Positions 1 to 11,960 of a stretch of DNA of 64,000 bases are shown here, in pieces (the first letter of the stretch is position 1; each line of letters begins with the position of its first letter). A program made the position numbers and the translations under genes. Under the pieces are notes generated by a model. It had not been told where the DNA came from and did no database searches. It saw only the letters and a program-made list of their open reading frames with translations. The stretch comes from Eledone cirrhosa (Eukaryota): the NCBI GenBank assembly GCA_964016885.1, contig OZ024742.1:78864001-78928000 (forward strand), given 5' to 3'.

Positions 1-720
1 AACAGTCCATAAACGTCTTTCATTTTCAGCCTCACAGAGCCAAACCCTTTCTTGACAATGTTCCATACCAGTTTGCAATGGATCTGACTCCAATGCTCTT
101 TAAAGAATGTACAGAGACCTTTTATCATGGCACTAACACTAGGGAAACTGATTTGTCCCCTGCTTCTTATTTTGATTGCTAGCTGAATTGAACTTTTGAA
201 CTATGCTGTGTTATTCAGTCATCTTCTGTAAAACATTACCTGAAGACAACGGTCATTATTCTTAGGTGGGTTTATTCTTGTAAGGTAAAAAAAAATTACC
301 CTATGTGTGAGTGTTTCCAAATGAATATCTCTCTCTCTCTTAAAATGATAGCTTATGTTTTGCAGCAGTGATTCTATAGCTCAGATTTTACATTCTCATT
401 TGCGACTACTTCATTTACAAAATTCACAGCTTCAAGGAAAAATGCACCATTCCATTGTTGAAACTAATCCATTCTTCCCTTGCCCTCCACCTATCCCACA
501 ACAGTACTTTCTCTCTCTTTATCTATCTCACTGGCATAACTAAGACTTCATGGCTGCTAAAGTAAAGCATTATGAATGCTCCTACTATTTCAGACTTGGT
601 TACATTCAGGACAGTATTCTTCTATCCAAGATAATTTCTTTGCCTACAGATAGACATACTTGTTTCCTTGCAATAAATTTAAATATTCATTCTTGCCTTT
701 TCAAAGATCACACAAGAGAA
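1..720 (+). mobile_element. Possible highly decayed LINE (CR1/Jockey-like) 3' remnant
   Basis: Non-microsatellite sequence whose fragmented translations loosely recall the C-terminal region of CR1/Jockey-like ORF2. No intact motif was seen. Confidence 0.25.
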
Positions 721-1074
721 GTATGATAGAGTGGTTATCATCACAGTGATAACGACGACTGTAATGATAATGATGATGTTAAAGATGGTTGTGGTGTAGA
801 GGGCATACTAGACCTCATTCTTGCCTTGTATCTCAATTGAAGACATTCTTCAAAAAAGTAATAAAAGTAAAAATAAAAATGCGATGGGGGAGCGAGTCCA
901 AAAGAATTGAGAAATTGCCTGTCAGGTGTATTAAAATGATGAGAGACATTGCAACAATGCAAAGGAAACACCAATTTTTCAAAGTAACATACTAACACTG
1001 ACCTGGTCTTAGATTCTTTCAAGATGTTGTGTGAACTTCATACATATGTATATATATATATATGTACACATGCA

Positions 1075-1077
<3 letters not shown>

Positions 1078-1130
<53 letters not shown>

Positions 1131-1315
1131 AACATACAACCAAGATAATTGATGGGAAATATTGCAACACTCACCTGAAATGAAAAGAGAAAAAAAATTA
1201 CTTTTAATATTTATGTACACAAATGGGTTTATATGTGAACACAGAAGCATATACATTACATGTATGTACATATTATATATATATATATAATATATATATA
1301 TAATATATATATATA

Positions 1316-1393
<78 letters not shown>
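1078..1393. repeat. Compound microsatellite (TA)n / (TG)n
   Basis: Long pure TA run (about 1078-1120) and TG run (about 1325-1392). Confidence 0.95.
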
Positions 1394-1397
<4 letters not shown>

Positions 1398-2869
1398 GAG
1401 AGAAAGGAAGAGAAAGAGAGGGAGAAATGAGACAGTATGACAACCATAAAAAAAGATACTCAATTATATACAATATATTCTTAACATGCATTTCAATGGA
1501 AAGAATTGTTTGTATATATTCTGTAGTGTTGGAACAAATTTATGTACAAGAATACAGCTGAAAAGTTGATGTTTTTAAAGGTTTTGATTAGCAGTGTATG
1601 TGTAGTGTATGTGACAGTGAAAGAACAGTAAAAGAACTTAAGATTAGCTCTCAGTGATAAGTAATGTTGTTGATGATGATGATGTTGCTGCTATTGTTAT
1701 TTAGGCCCATGTCAGTCATGATTGAGTACATTTAGAAGAGCCGGATTTATTGGAGGCAGTGAGGGCGTATGCCCCGAGTCCTCCTCTCTGAACAGGGCCC
1801 TTTCTCTCTCATGCTCTCTCTTTTTATGCTTATGTGTGTATGTGTGTTTGTGTGTGTTATATGAGGGGTCCACCAAACCTCAACTGCCCTGAGCACCACT
1901 AGGTCTAAATCTGGCCCTGTATTTAGGAATAAAAATATTCCAGCTTTCACTACTCTGTCCTATTTTACTCAATTTATTGGACACAGTAAAACTGGGGCAG
2001 CATTAACCAATAGTTTCCTTTTATGTTCTGAAATTATGTAAAGTGTGAATTAAAATAGATTTAAATTCTAAATCAAATTGACCCAAGATAAAGGTGGTGG
2101 TAACAATAGAAATCATTAACATTTTTTATTCCAGAGAAATCCCATGTTTTAAAGTATTTATATTTACATTAAGAAATAATGTTATGGAAGAATATTGTTG
2201 TTAAGTTATGTACTAAACACCAGCTTGATAATATGGTTAGTTATTTTACTAAATCCCTTCAAATTGTTGATTATTTACAAAATTAATCCAAGAAAATACG
2301 TGGTGCATTTCATTAGAAAAATGGTACCAAAAGAGTTAATGTGCATAGAAATAAGCCATAGGCATGCCTATATATATAAGGACTCTTTAGATTTGTCAAG
2401 GATATGACAACCTCCCTAAACATGGAACCCTGAGGACATGCACCCAGTACACAGAGTAAAGTGGTTGGTGATAGGAGAGGGAGGAATCCAGCAATGCCAA
2501 CATTGGAAGATGATCTACTGGTCCATCTAGGAGATCATTAACTCTGAATAAAAGCTGATCACAACTGCAACTGTCAGTTCAACCTGTGTCAGCATATAAA
2601 CTGGTTAGAAAATGATGATAATGATGTGTGTGTGTGTGTGTGTAGAGGCAGCACTCTTCTGTTCTGTAGTAGGAAAGATGAAAACGTGAATAGACTTTGA
2701 TTAATACGGTGGAGTGTCATCAGAGAGAAAATAATCTAATAGCATAACTATAGTGAATAGCCAGGAAATGAATTGTCTTCTTTGCTACTAGGTTGACATC
2801 ACCTCAGTATACTTCTATAAACCTGAAGTCTTCAGTTAAATGGAATTAACATAATCTTAGATAAAGTTG

Positions 2870-3145
2870 AAGAGTTTTGAGCTCAGAGGTTCATCAGGCT
2901 GGTGTTAATCCTGGTTTTATTGGCATTAAGCAACTGAGAGTACAAAACATCACCCAGTATAGAACCTGTCCATTACAGGAGCTGCTTGCTGCAGCTGGTA
3001 TCCATTTTCAGTTATGATGACTGGAGCAATGTGAAATGTAGTATTTTGATTGAGAACAAAACATACCACAAGGACAAGGAATCAAATGTGTAACATTACA
3101 ACCCAGTCTAAAATCATGACCAATAGGCCATGGGCCTTCACTTTG
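2870..3145 (-). mobile_element. Decayed tRNA-derived CORE-type SINE; related copies at about 34289-34550 (+) and 61040-61280 (+)
   Basis: Shared blocks CACATTGCTCCAGT..., GTACTCTCAGT.GCT and GAAAC.GGGATAA.C.CCAG.CTGAT. The 34289 copy has a tRNA-like head (GCCTAGTGG). Confidence 0.55.
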
Positions 3146-4167
3146 CATCCACATCCAGGATTTTCTCATTCTTGTTGACCTTCACTGCTTAATTTCTGTT
3201 TGTTTTTGGTCATGCCAGTGGTATAGTCAAAAACTCAACACTTGGTCAATCACAGGCTGGTGAGGCTATGTAACCCATAGTTGGAGTGGATGACCATTGA
3301 CTTTGAGAAGTTCATCTGCCAATCTTAACAGTTCTTGTCTTTTTTTTTGTTTTGTGTTGCTGGTTTTCCACTTAGCCTATTCACTAGACCAGGCTCTTGT
3401 GGAGGGGCCAATTTAGTTGCTGACCACATGACCATGAAAGAGGTTATACTGGGTTGCAAGGTGCCAGTATCAGGCAGAAACCTGCCTTAGCATAGTGAAC
3501 AAACACAAAAAGGAAGAATTAATTAAAATTTCACCTATATTGGGAAGAAAAAAATTACTTGCCTTAGTGGCTAATTCTTGTGAAGGAAGGCAAGGGAGAC
3601 AACACCTAAATACAAATTAATTAAAAATTCGATGGAATTTTGTAGTGGGGTGTGGTCTGATATTAGGCTTAGTAGTAATAACATTTACCATATTTTCCTC
3701 ATTTTTATTTGGCCATCTCAGAAAAATTTATTCAGATGTTATGATATAAATCCATCACCTGACATTGACCTTTCATTACTAAATTTCAAACCCTTGTGGT
3801 GTGGGAGCGATTGATGCACTCAGTGTTGAATTGATGATTTTTGTTTTCTTCTCTCAATTTGATTATACATATAAGGTTCCTAGCAATAATTAATTGATTA
3901 TATAATATTATATAATTGTTATATGAAACATAAAATTTAAGTATTATCTTGAAATAATACATTACTTTTCAAACCATTTTGAAAAAATATAATAAAATAA
4001 CTACCTCATTATTAAGCTGTTATTTGGAATATTAATAATTAAACAAAGGTTCTTAGAGAAAATTATTATAGAAGGTTTTTAGATAAATATATTTTTAAAA
4101 GAACTGTTTTGCCTTATAAATGAAACAAGGAACAATTCCAAGCAATTTAGTAACAAAAGTGTTAACA

Positions 4168-4360
4168 ATAACTGTTTCTTTTTTTGGCACAAGGCCAGCA
4201 ATTATTCCAGTGCATTACTGGTACTTTATTTTATCGACCCCATAAGGATGAAAGGCAAAGTTAAGCTCGGCAGCATTTGAACTCAGACCACAAAGGGACG
4301 TAACTCCATGCTGCAAAGAATGGCGTCCGACTTTCTACTGATACTGTCAATTCACCGCCC
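4168..4360 (-). mobile_element. tRNA-derived SINE with Nin/Deu-like central domain
   Basis: Reverse complement has the GAGTTCAAAT B-box, then CTTTGCCTTTCATCCTTATGGGGTCGATAAAATAAAGTACCAG. Flanked by the direct repeat AGTGTTAACAATAAC (4158-4172 and 4368-4382). Confidence 0.85.
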
Positions 4361-5301
4361 TTCCAACAGTGTTAACAATAACACCAGGCATTCAGATGTC
4401 TTTAAGGCATTTGGACCAAGCATTGAAGTTTCTTCCTACTTATTTTCTCTTAGAAAAGCTTTGCAAAAAGGGTTATGGGCAATGTCTATTCACTTGTGAC
4501 TAAGCTATCCCCCATACATACACACAAAAGAAAGGTTTGAATGACCCATTAGGAGGTTGGATAGACCATTATTTAAAATAACTGCACTTATTTTCTTAAG
4601 TTACAAGGAAAATGTGTTACTTGTGAAAGCAAACAACTTCAAATTAAATGTTTCTGTATTCACACTAGGGTGGTGCTGATTGCAGTAGTAGTAGTAGTGG
4701 AGGTGGTTATGGTTGTGGTGGTGATAGTGGTGGCGGTCGTCAACGTGTTTGTGGTGGTGGTGTTTGCGATAGTAGTAGTGATGATGGTGCTTGTGATAGT
4801 AGTAGTGATGGTGTAGTTGTTAATGGCTATGGCGACTGCTGCAGCAATAGTAGTCAGGACCATGCATAACGATGTTAGTAATTGTATAGAGTTAGTTATG
4901 ATAGTATTAGCAGCAGGAATATCCGTTATTATCAGCAGGTGCTGATAATAATGATATTTATCATTATTATCAGCAGGTGCAGATAATAATGATATTCCTC
5001 ACTGTTGTCTAGTTGATTCTGTTGTCCTTGTAATAGGTATTGTGTTAATATATTCCTCCCCTAGGTAGCTACTGTTGTACTAAAGTACTAAAACTTACTA
5101 CCTCACTTCATCAGATCTGATAAGAGATGTTTGTATAACATCTTGTAAACACAGTATAAACATAGAAACACATTATGGATATTATATATATATATATATT
5201 TCATGATGTATTACAAATACACACAAACAAGTATATGCTTCTGACACACAACCACACACACACACACACACACACGCATATATACACACACACATACATA
5301 T

Positions 5302-5384
5302 AAATGACTTCTACAGGACTAGAACTGTTTCATTTGTATGAAATTGTCAGGAATGAAACAGTTCAAGTCCTCTAGAAGTTATTT
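5302..5384. repeat. Short fold-back with 33-bp imperfect arms, containing a decayed hammerhead-like motif on the minus strand
   Basis: AAATGACTTCTACAGGACTAGAACTGTTTCATT pairs with AATGAAACAGTTCAAGTCCTCTAGAAGTTATTT. Minus strand reads CTGACAA-TTTC-ATAC-AAAT-GAAAC. A related monomer lies at about 40350-40405 (+). Confidence 0.65.
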
Positions 5385-6093
5385 CTATATATAAGAAAGA
5401 TGCCTATACTCTACCAACGTGTTGTGGTTACCCGCTGATAACACTTGGGCACCAACATATATATATATATATATATAATATGTAGGTTCCTAAGTTGTCT
5501 CAGTGTGTAACCACAGTTTAAAATGGCATTCAATACATTGAGTATATGCATCTTTCTAGTTTGGAACTAGCTGTTGAAATGGGCTCACCCATCAGACCCC
5601 GACTTTTTCTAATATATATATAACTAGCAGATTTACCCGGCGTTGCTCGGGATTTGAAATTATGCTAAGAATATACAGCTAGGAAGTAAAAGAAGAAGAT
5701 TATTTGTCCCCAACCTATCAAAATAAGCAGAAGTCTTCAATAATTAATGCAAACGAATATTTAGTGCAATCTTTGTACACATAAAACTATGTTGATAATG
5801 AAGGAAAACACTGAACAGGATGTAGTTATACAAATGATTAAAGACAATACACATTGCAAATCTGTAAAAAAAACAGGCAGTTTTGCTAAAGTACAAAAAG
5901 TTGTAATGAAAGCAGAGTTGTATACAAACAAAAAAACAATGAGAGTAGAATAAGAGAAAATCTATTCTTTGAGAGCATCCTTTGCTGTGTATGGTTAAAT
6001 TTTGAACTTATAATCCAAAATATCCTGCATGACATATTCATTGGTATGTTTTGTAATGAGTAAGGCAGAGCTGTAATAAGTTTTTTGTTAACA

Positions 6094-6625
6094 CTAAAGT
6101 ACTTCAGGATAGACGATATTCTTTGTTTTTCTTTTTGGAACAAACGCAACGAGATTATCTCAACTGCCAACTCGTGAGCAGGCAACGTAGAATTGTCCGT
6201 GCGAAAAGCAAGGTTCATCCAAGTGAATTCCAGTGACGGAACTTGCGACTTCATTATGGACATCGCAAAGGCAACACGAAGGGGAAATTGGGTTCGGCGA
6301 AAGGAGAAGGGGATATCCACGCCTGATTTAGTCAGGCTAATTTTTGTTATTATCACATCCACGCCTTTTCCACGTCCGGATAGAATGGTAGCGTCAATAC
6401 TAAGTGGAGACAGTTTTTTAACCACAAGGCGTGTACCATTGCATAGTTTTGGAGGAGTGATATTTCTCAGCAAAATAACTCTTTCAGAACCAATGTATTA
6501 GGAGGTAAACCAGGAGGATTTAAAGAATTTAGAAATTCAACTGGATAGTTGACCGCATCCCGTGGATCACATACAGTATCAATAGATTTATATATCCGTG
6601 GACATCCAGGAAGAATCCTGTTCAG
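6094..6625 (-). pseudogene. Frameshifted C-terminal fragment of Helitron RepHel (PIF1-family helicase)
   Basis: Across frames: YKSIDTVCD..AVNYPVEFLNSLNPPGLPP / LLRNITPPKLCNGTRL..QFPLRVAFAMSIMKSQ / GIHLDEPCFSHGQFYVACSRV..KTKNIVYPEVL*. These are hallmark PIF1/Helitron helicase motifs. Confidence 0.92.
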
Positions 6626-6712
6626 TATGTTCCTTCTTTGTCAAAAAAGTTTGATGTGTACGAATACAGCTGGAAGCATAGATAACGCCTACCTCAAATG
6701 TGGACAAAATTA

Positions 6713-7145
6713 CTTTAAAAATGCAAAAGCTGTAGGTCCCAATGGTTTGAATGGAAAGTGCCATAAGGATTGTTCTAAAAATAAACAAACCATCATCAAA
6801 ATCTCGTCAATTCGAGACTGCTGCGAGATTAGGCCCTTACCGCGAAAATTAACACTTAATATAGTGAAACAAGTTAAAACAACAAGTGTTTTTTAACTTT
6901 GAAAGTGCAACAAATTTTTTTTTGTATCAACATGGCTTATCAAAGTTTAAAAAATGTAAAAGTTGTAGGTCCCAATGGTTTGAATGGAAAGTCTCATAAC
7001 GATTGTTCTAAAAATAAACAAACCATCATCAAAATCTCGTCAAAGCGAGACTGCTGCGAGATTAGGCCCTTAACGCGAAAATTAACACTTAATATAGTGA
7101 AACAAGTTAAAACAAGTGTTTTTTTAACTTTGAAAGTGCAACAAA
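6713..7145. repeat. About 200-bp direct duplication inside the Helitron (about 6713-6912 and 6946-7145)
   Basis: Both copies read ..TGTAGGTCCCAATGGTTTGAATGGAAAGT..GACTGCTGCGAGATTAGGCCC..GAAAGTGCAACAAA. Confidence 0.9.
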
Positions 7146-7771
7146 GAATAAACAATAAACAAACAATAATATTAGTGATTTATCTTCAAATGAATCTGAT
7201 GTTTATATTTCTGAAATTTGGTCCGACGATGATTGTTGTTTTAAAATTGAAAACGAAGGTCTCCATATCTCACTCTCTTTATAAGGATTGTCAATAAAGT
7301 TGGTTATCTCCCTTACATCAATTTTGCTACCGATAATTTTGATATCGATTTTTTATTGCTCAACGTGGGTCGATTGGGAAAATGTTTGTGCTGTGACCAT
7401 CTTAGCGACCCGTGCAACGTGCACAGAAAATTTAGTCAAATTCGGTTAGTAATTGTAAAAGCCTTAGGTATCCAAAGTTGTACACAGACACATACACATC
7501 CTCGCTTTTATATATATACAGATATATAACACACACACACATATGCTTACCCACGTGCTCAAGTATAGCTCTTTTTATGAAACGTTTTTTTTTCCATTTC
7601 AAGTAGACGCGCTCCATCATCCACTTTTCTAAAAAATAAATCATACGCAAAACGCCAGCACCAACAGTTTTGCAAGAGATGTCAACATGAATGGACCTAT
7701 TATTTTTATCTAAAAACATTTTTCCAATTCCATCCCGCCCGTCCCCTTAATCTATTTTATTTCTCATTCTT

Positions 7772-7807
7772 TCTTCTGATGAAGGACTAGCGTCCGAAAC
7801 GTTAAGA
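7772..7807 (+). ncRNA. Minimal type-I hammerhead ribozyme motif (Penelope-like type), apparently intact
   Basis: TCTT-CTGATGA-A-GGAC-tagc-GTCC-GAAA-CG-TT-AAGA. Helix I is TCTT/AAGA, the core boxes CUGAUGA and GAAA are conserved, helix II is GGAC/GTCC, and palindromic AACGTT replaces helix III with a GUU cleavage triplet. Confidence 0.8.
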
Positions 7808-8239
7808 CCCTCTTCCTGCTATATCAAGCGTTAACCTAATATATACCTTCCATATACTGTACCGATTGTGTTGTTATTTCTGTTTACTGTTACACATATA
7901 TATATATACCGAACGAAGGAGTTGTGGTAAGGAACCAGATGGACCATAACGCACCAGAGTACTCAATATATATATATTATCACAGAGCCAATTACTTGCA
8001 AAGTAAATTTTATAACCACATAGCCATGCCTGTGCCAATCACAAAGCCATATCTTTGCCTATATAGTATTTGCTATTCATATTTGCATACTGTGTGTATC
8101 TAGTTTTCTGCACATCCTGAGAGGCATCTAACTGTTTGGTACCAGGAAGAGCATACATCCTTAAACACTGCCACAACAATGTATGTCCAGGTTATGCCAG
8201 TACAGAAAAGAAGGAAAGAAAATTGAATGGTATGCATAT

Positions 8240-8936
8240 ATATATATATATAATTCTCTGTCTCTCTATCTGTACCTATGCATTCTCTAATGGCTGCACC
8301 AAATCAAATCAAATTTTACAAGGTAATAGTATGAGACCCCAGGAGTGTCAACATGTAATTTTTATTTTCATTTGGATTAAAGCAATATAAGATTTTATCT
8401 AAAATAATCTTTTTATAGTCAACTATAGTAAACCACCACTACCACCACCACAATAATGGCAGTGGACACAGACATTTAAACACATACACATCTACACATA
8501 CAGATACATATGTGATGACAGACAGGTGTGCATGAATGTATGTCTGTGTGTGTCTGTCTTAGTATATGTGTATGAGTATATGTGTGAACATTTTTATTTT
8601 TATTTGGATTAAAACAATAGGTCAGCACATTTTGTATATGAATATGTGTCTGTGATCGTGTGTGTGTTTTTGCTTGTACATTAGGTATGTTATTAAATAC
8701 ACACACACATCTACACATACATGAATGACACAATGAATATTGTTTACCCTAAGGTGCTTCAAGATTGACAGATTTTCATTTCTAACTTCTATTATCATTA
8801 CAATTATGATATTTTTTTAATAAAATATAGATATTTTGAAATAATTATGAGAAAAAAAAACATATCTTCATATTTATTGTTTACTAATCTGAATAAAAAT
8901 AGCAGTAACTTGCGCAACACCGGGTAATTCAGCTAG
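8240..8936 (+). mobile_element. Non-autonomous Helitron (5' end approximate)
   Basis: 3' end ..GCGCAACACCGGGTAATTCAGCTAG|T (CTAG at 8933-8936) closely resembles the 3' end of the 5624 Helitron, in the opposite orientation. Confidence 0.7.
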
Positions 8937-9127
8937 TGTGTGTGTGTATATATATATGTGTATAAATATATATGCGCATATACATACACACAAATATACT
9001 TAAACTTTTTCTATAGGAAATGTGATATTTATCACATTAATTTCTAATGTGCCATCAAAACAGTTTAAGCTTAGTTGTGGGCAAAGAATCACAATAGCAT
9101 ATACATACTACTTTCCCTAAATATTCT

Positions 9128-9169
<42 letters not shown>

Positions 9170-9494
9170 CCTCCCTCTCTCTCTGCGTGTGTGTGTGTGT
9201 GAGAATAATATTAATAAATGGAAAATATCCTTATAAAACCATATTTATTTTAGTATACATATTTCAAGGGTACCAATATTTTGGTACACTTTCGTCAGAT
9301 AAAATACAATATTTGGTTTAAAGATAGTGACATTTATTGGTACCCTTGGATTCTGATGACTGAAAGCAAATTTTGCTTGCTTTCAAAAAACCACTGGTAA
9401 ATGAAATAATTATCTTATGTTGTTTATTACATAACTAATAAGCTCTGTAAGCTACATAGAGCAACTCTTTGGACCTTTCCGACGGAATTACTTC

Positions 9495-9562
<68 letters not shown>

Positions 9563-9567
9563 GTCAC

Positions 9568-9797
9568 GGAGGCACATGTCATAGGGGTTAGAGCATTGGC
9601 CTTGCAATCGGAAGGTTGTGAGTTCAATTCTCAGACCGGGTGATGTGTTGTTTCCATGAGCAAGACACTTTATTTCACATTGCTCCAGTTTACTCAGCTG
9701 TAGAAATGAGATGATAGGGACTGGGGTCCCTATCATTCCACTGCAAAGTGGTCGTGGCGGTGCCACGGCAAAAAAGCACCCAGCCCACACTGTAAAT
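9568..9797 (+). mobile_element. tRNA-derived CORE-type SINE, 3'-truncated
   Basis: Head GGAGGCACATG..GGTTAGAGC..GAGTTCAATTCT, then GAGCAAGACACTTTATTTCACATTGCTCCAG. Near-identical to the copies at 53044 and 56619. Confidence 0.85.
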
Positions 9798-10034
9798 GCA
9801 CACATACAACAACAACAACACATGCACGCATACTCACTTGTCCACCCAAATATACTTTGATTACCTCCCTTCCTAAACCTCTCTAACGTGGAAGATACCA
9901 CTTGACCAGCCACTCTCCAAAATGGATGACTAAATATGCACATGTGTTTCTTTTTCTCCACCTTTTGTTCCTCATTTTTCCCTGTTCCTTCCTATCACTC
10001 TTTACTTTCTATTTATCTTCTATTTCTAACTATA

Positions 10035-10070
10035 TCTTCTGCTGAAGGATTAGTGTCCGAAACGTTAAGA
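10035..10070 (+). ncRNA. Mutated copy of the minimal hammerhead motif inside a Penelope-like terminal-repeat fragment (about 10000-10160, homologous to about 7740-7895)
   Basis: TCTT-CTGCTGA-A-GGAT-tagt-GTCC-GAAACGTT-AAGA, with an A>C change in the core. Downstream CTCTTCCTGCTAT.TCAAGCGT..CTAATATAT is shared with the 7772 copy. Confidence 0.7.
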
Positions 10071-11639
10071 CTCTCTTCCTGCTATTTCAAGCGTGAAACT
10101 AATATATTTCTTCCATGTACTGTGCCGTCTGTTTTGTTATTGCTGCTTAACTTTTACATACATTCACACATACACACAAATATATATATATTCAGAGAGA
10201 AAGAGAGAGAGAGGGAGAGAGAGAAAGAGAGGGAGAGGGAGAGAGAGAGGGAGAGAGAGAGAAAGAGAGAGAGAGGGAGAGAGAGAAAGAGAGAGAGAGA
10301 GAGATGACAAGAAAAGGGCACTAGCAGTTAAAATGTGAAAGTTTCAAATAAAGTTTTAAAAGAAAAAAATTAAATAAAAGACTCGTGATTGACATAAAAT
10401 CTGCACAAAAAAATGAACGATGTGTACACAGGGGAAAAAATGTATGCTGAATAGAATGTATCAAGTTAAACTCTATATCAAATTAGAGTAAGAAAAAATA
10501 AAAACGAGAAAAAGAGTTGGAATGATACCAAGCTAGAGAGCAGATGTGGTTTATACATAAACACACACACAATATATATATAGAATGTGAAATACACATA
10601 TATATATATGTTAGCATGGAAAAATGGATGTTAAACAGTGATGATGATGATGATGATGATTATATCAATATCTATCTATATATATATACACACACATATT
10701 TATATATATCCACACACACACACATATATATACACACACACATACACACATACACCCACACATATGTATATATATATGTACATCAATATACACACACATA
10801 TACATAGATAGATAAATAGATATATAGATATTTATATGTAAATATTTATCTATGTATATGTTTATGTATGTTAGTGTATAAATAATTTTTTTTATATATT
10901 TATCATTGAATTTTAAACAAGGATATATTAAAAACATAGGAGACCTTAGTAAGATAAACAATGCCAGTGGGAAAATAGTCACTTATGCAGTCACATACAC
11001 ACTGCCATCTCTGAATGAACAAATTACCTTCTACTCTATGAACCTACCCACAACCCTATAGTATCTCAGGGAATTAACCATTACTCAAAGAACTCCATTA
11101 ATACATTGTAAACAGTCTTCTGCTTTACTACACATTGTTTATTATTTCATTCTTATTATTATCATCATAATTCATTAACACCTTCTCAAATGTATGTGTA
11201 TTAATATGTGTGTTTTGGTATGTGTATGTGTTTGGGTGCATGTGTAGTGGTGTGTATGTATATATGTAAATGTTTGTGAATACTTTATGTGTGTATATGT
11301 GAGTGTCTGTAACAATATTATATATATGCATGTATGTGTATTTTTATTTTGTATGAGGCTATATGATTTTATCTGATAGTGTGAATATCTATATGTGAGT
11401 GTGTTGGTGTGAATATTTTGTGTATATTTGAATGGATATTTGTCGCCTGTCTATATATATTTACATGGCTGTGTTAGTACATGTTTTTATATACGTGTGT
11501 TCTGCTATGTGTTGATGTGTATGTGTTTATATGTGTTGATGTGTATGTGTTCTGCTGTGTTGATGTGTATGTGTTTATATGTATTCTGCTATGTGTTGAT
11601 GTGTATGTGTTTATAAAAGAAAGCAATTTTTTTTTAAAT

Positions 11640-11960
11640 TCCTAATACACATGTGTACATTGCAATATTCTCACACATCTTAAACCCCGGCACTGCCACC
11701 CACAACACAGAGCAAAGGAAAGTAAATAAATATTGAGGTTGACCAACTGCTTCCTTTTAATACCAGTCACCACAGAGGAATCAGGTGTCCTCGGTCCCTG
11801 AACTGTTGATTTCCTTCATAAAATCAGAAAGACAGCAAACTGCATGAGGAAAGAGCCCCCCCCCCCCCCCCCCCCCCGTGAGATATGGTGGCTGTTGCAG
11901 CAGGTGTTGCTGGATATTCTCCACAACAATACTATGCCATTATATCTCTGGGGTACAGCT
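11640..11960 (+). mobile_element. Relic of a CRE-like non-LTR retrotransposon (C-terminal restriction-like endonuclease region)
   Basis: Across frames: EQRKVNKY..CFLLIPVTTEESGVLGP*TVDFLHKI..PREIWWLLQQVLLDILHNN. This matches the CRE-clade pattern K..KY..F.PVAVET.GVLGP..FL..PRE..WL.QRLSLAI.RGN. Confidence 0.7.

Larger units (their letters stand above)
5624..7522 (-). mobile_element. Internally deleted Helitron with both termini
   Basis: Minus strand starts A|TCTGTATATATATAAAAGCG (5' TC at 7522-7521) and ends with the hairpin CCCGAGCAACGCCGGG followed by ...GCTAG|T (CTAG at 5624-5627). Inserted between A and T with no target-site duplication (TSD), and carries a PIF1-helicase fragment in the same orientation. 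Confidence 0.9.
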
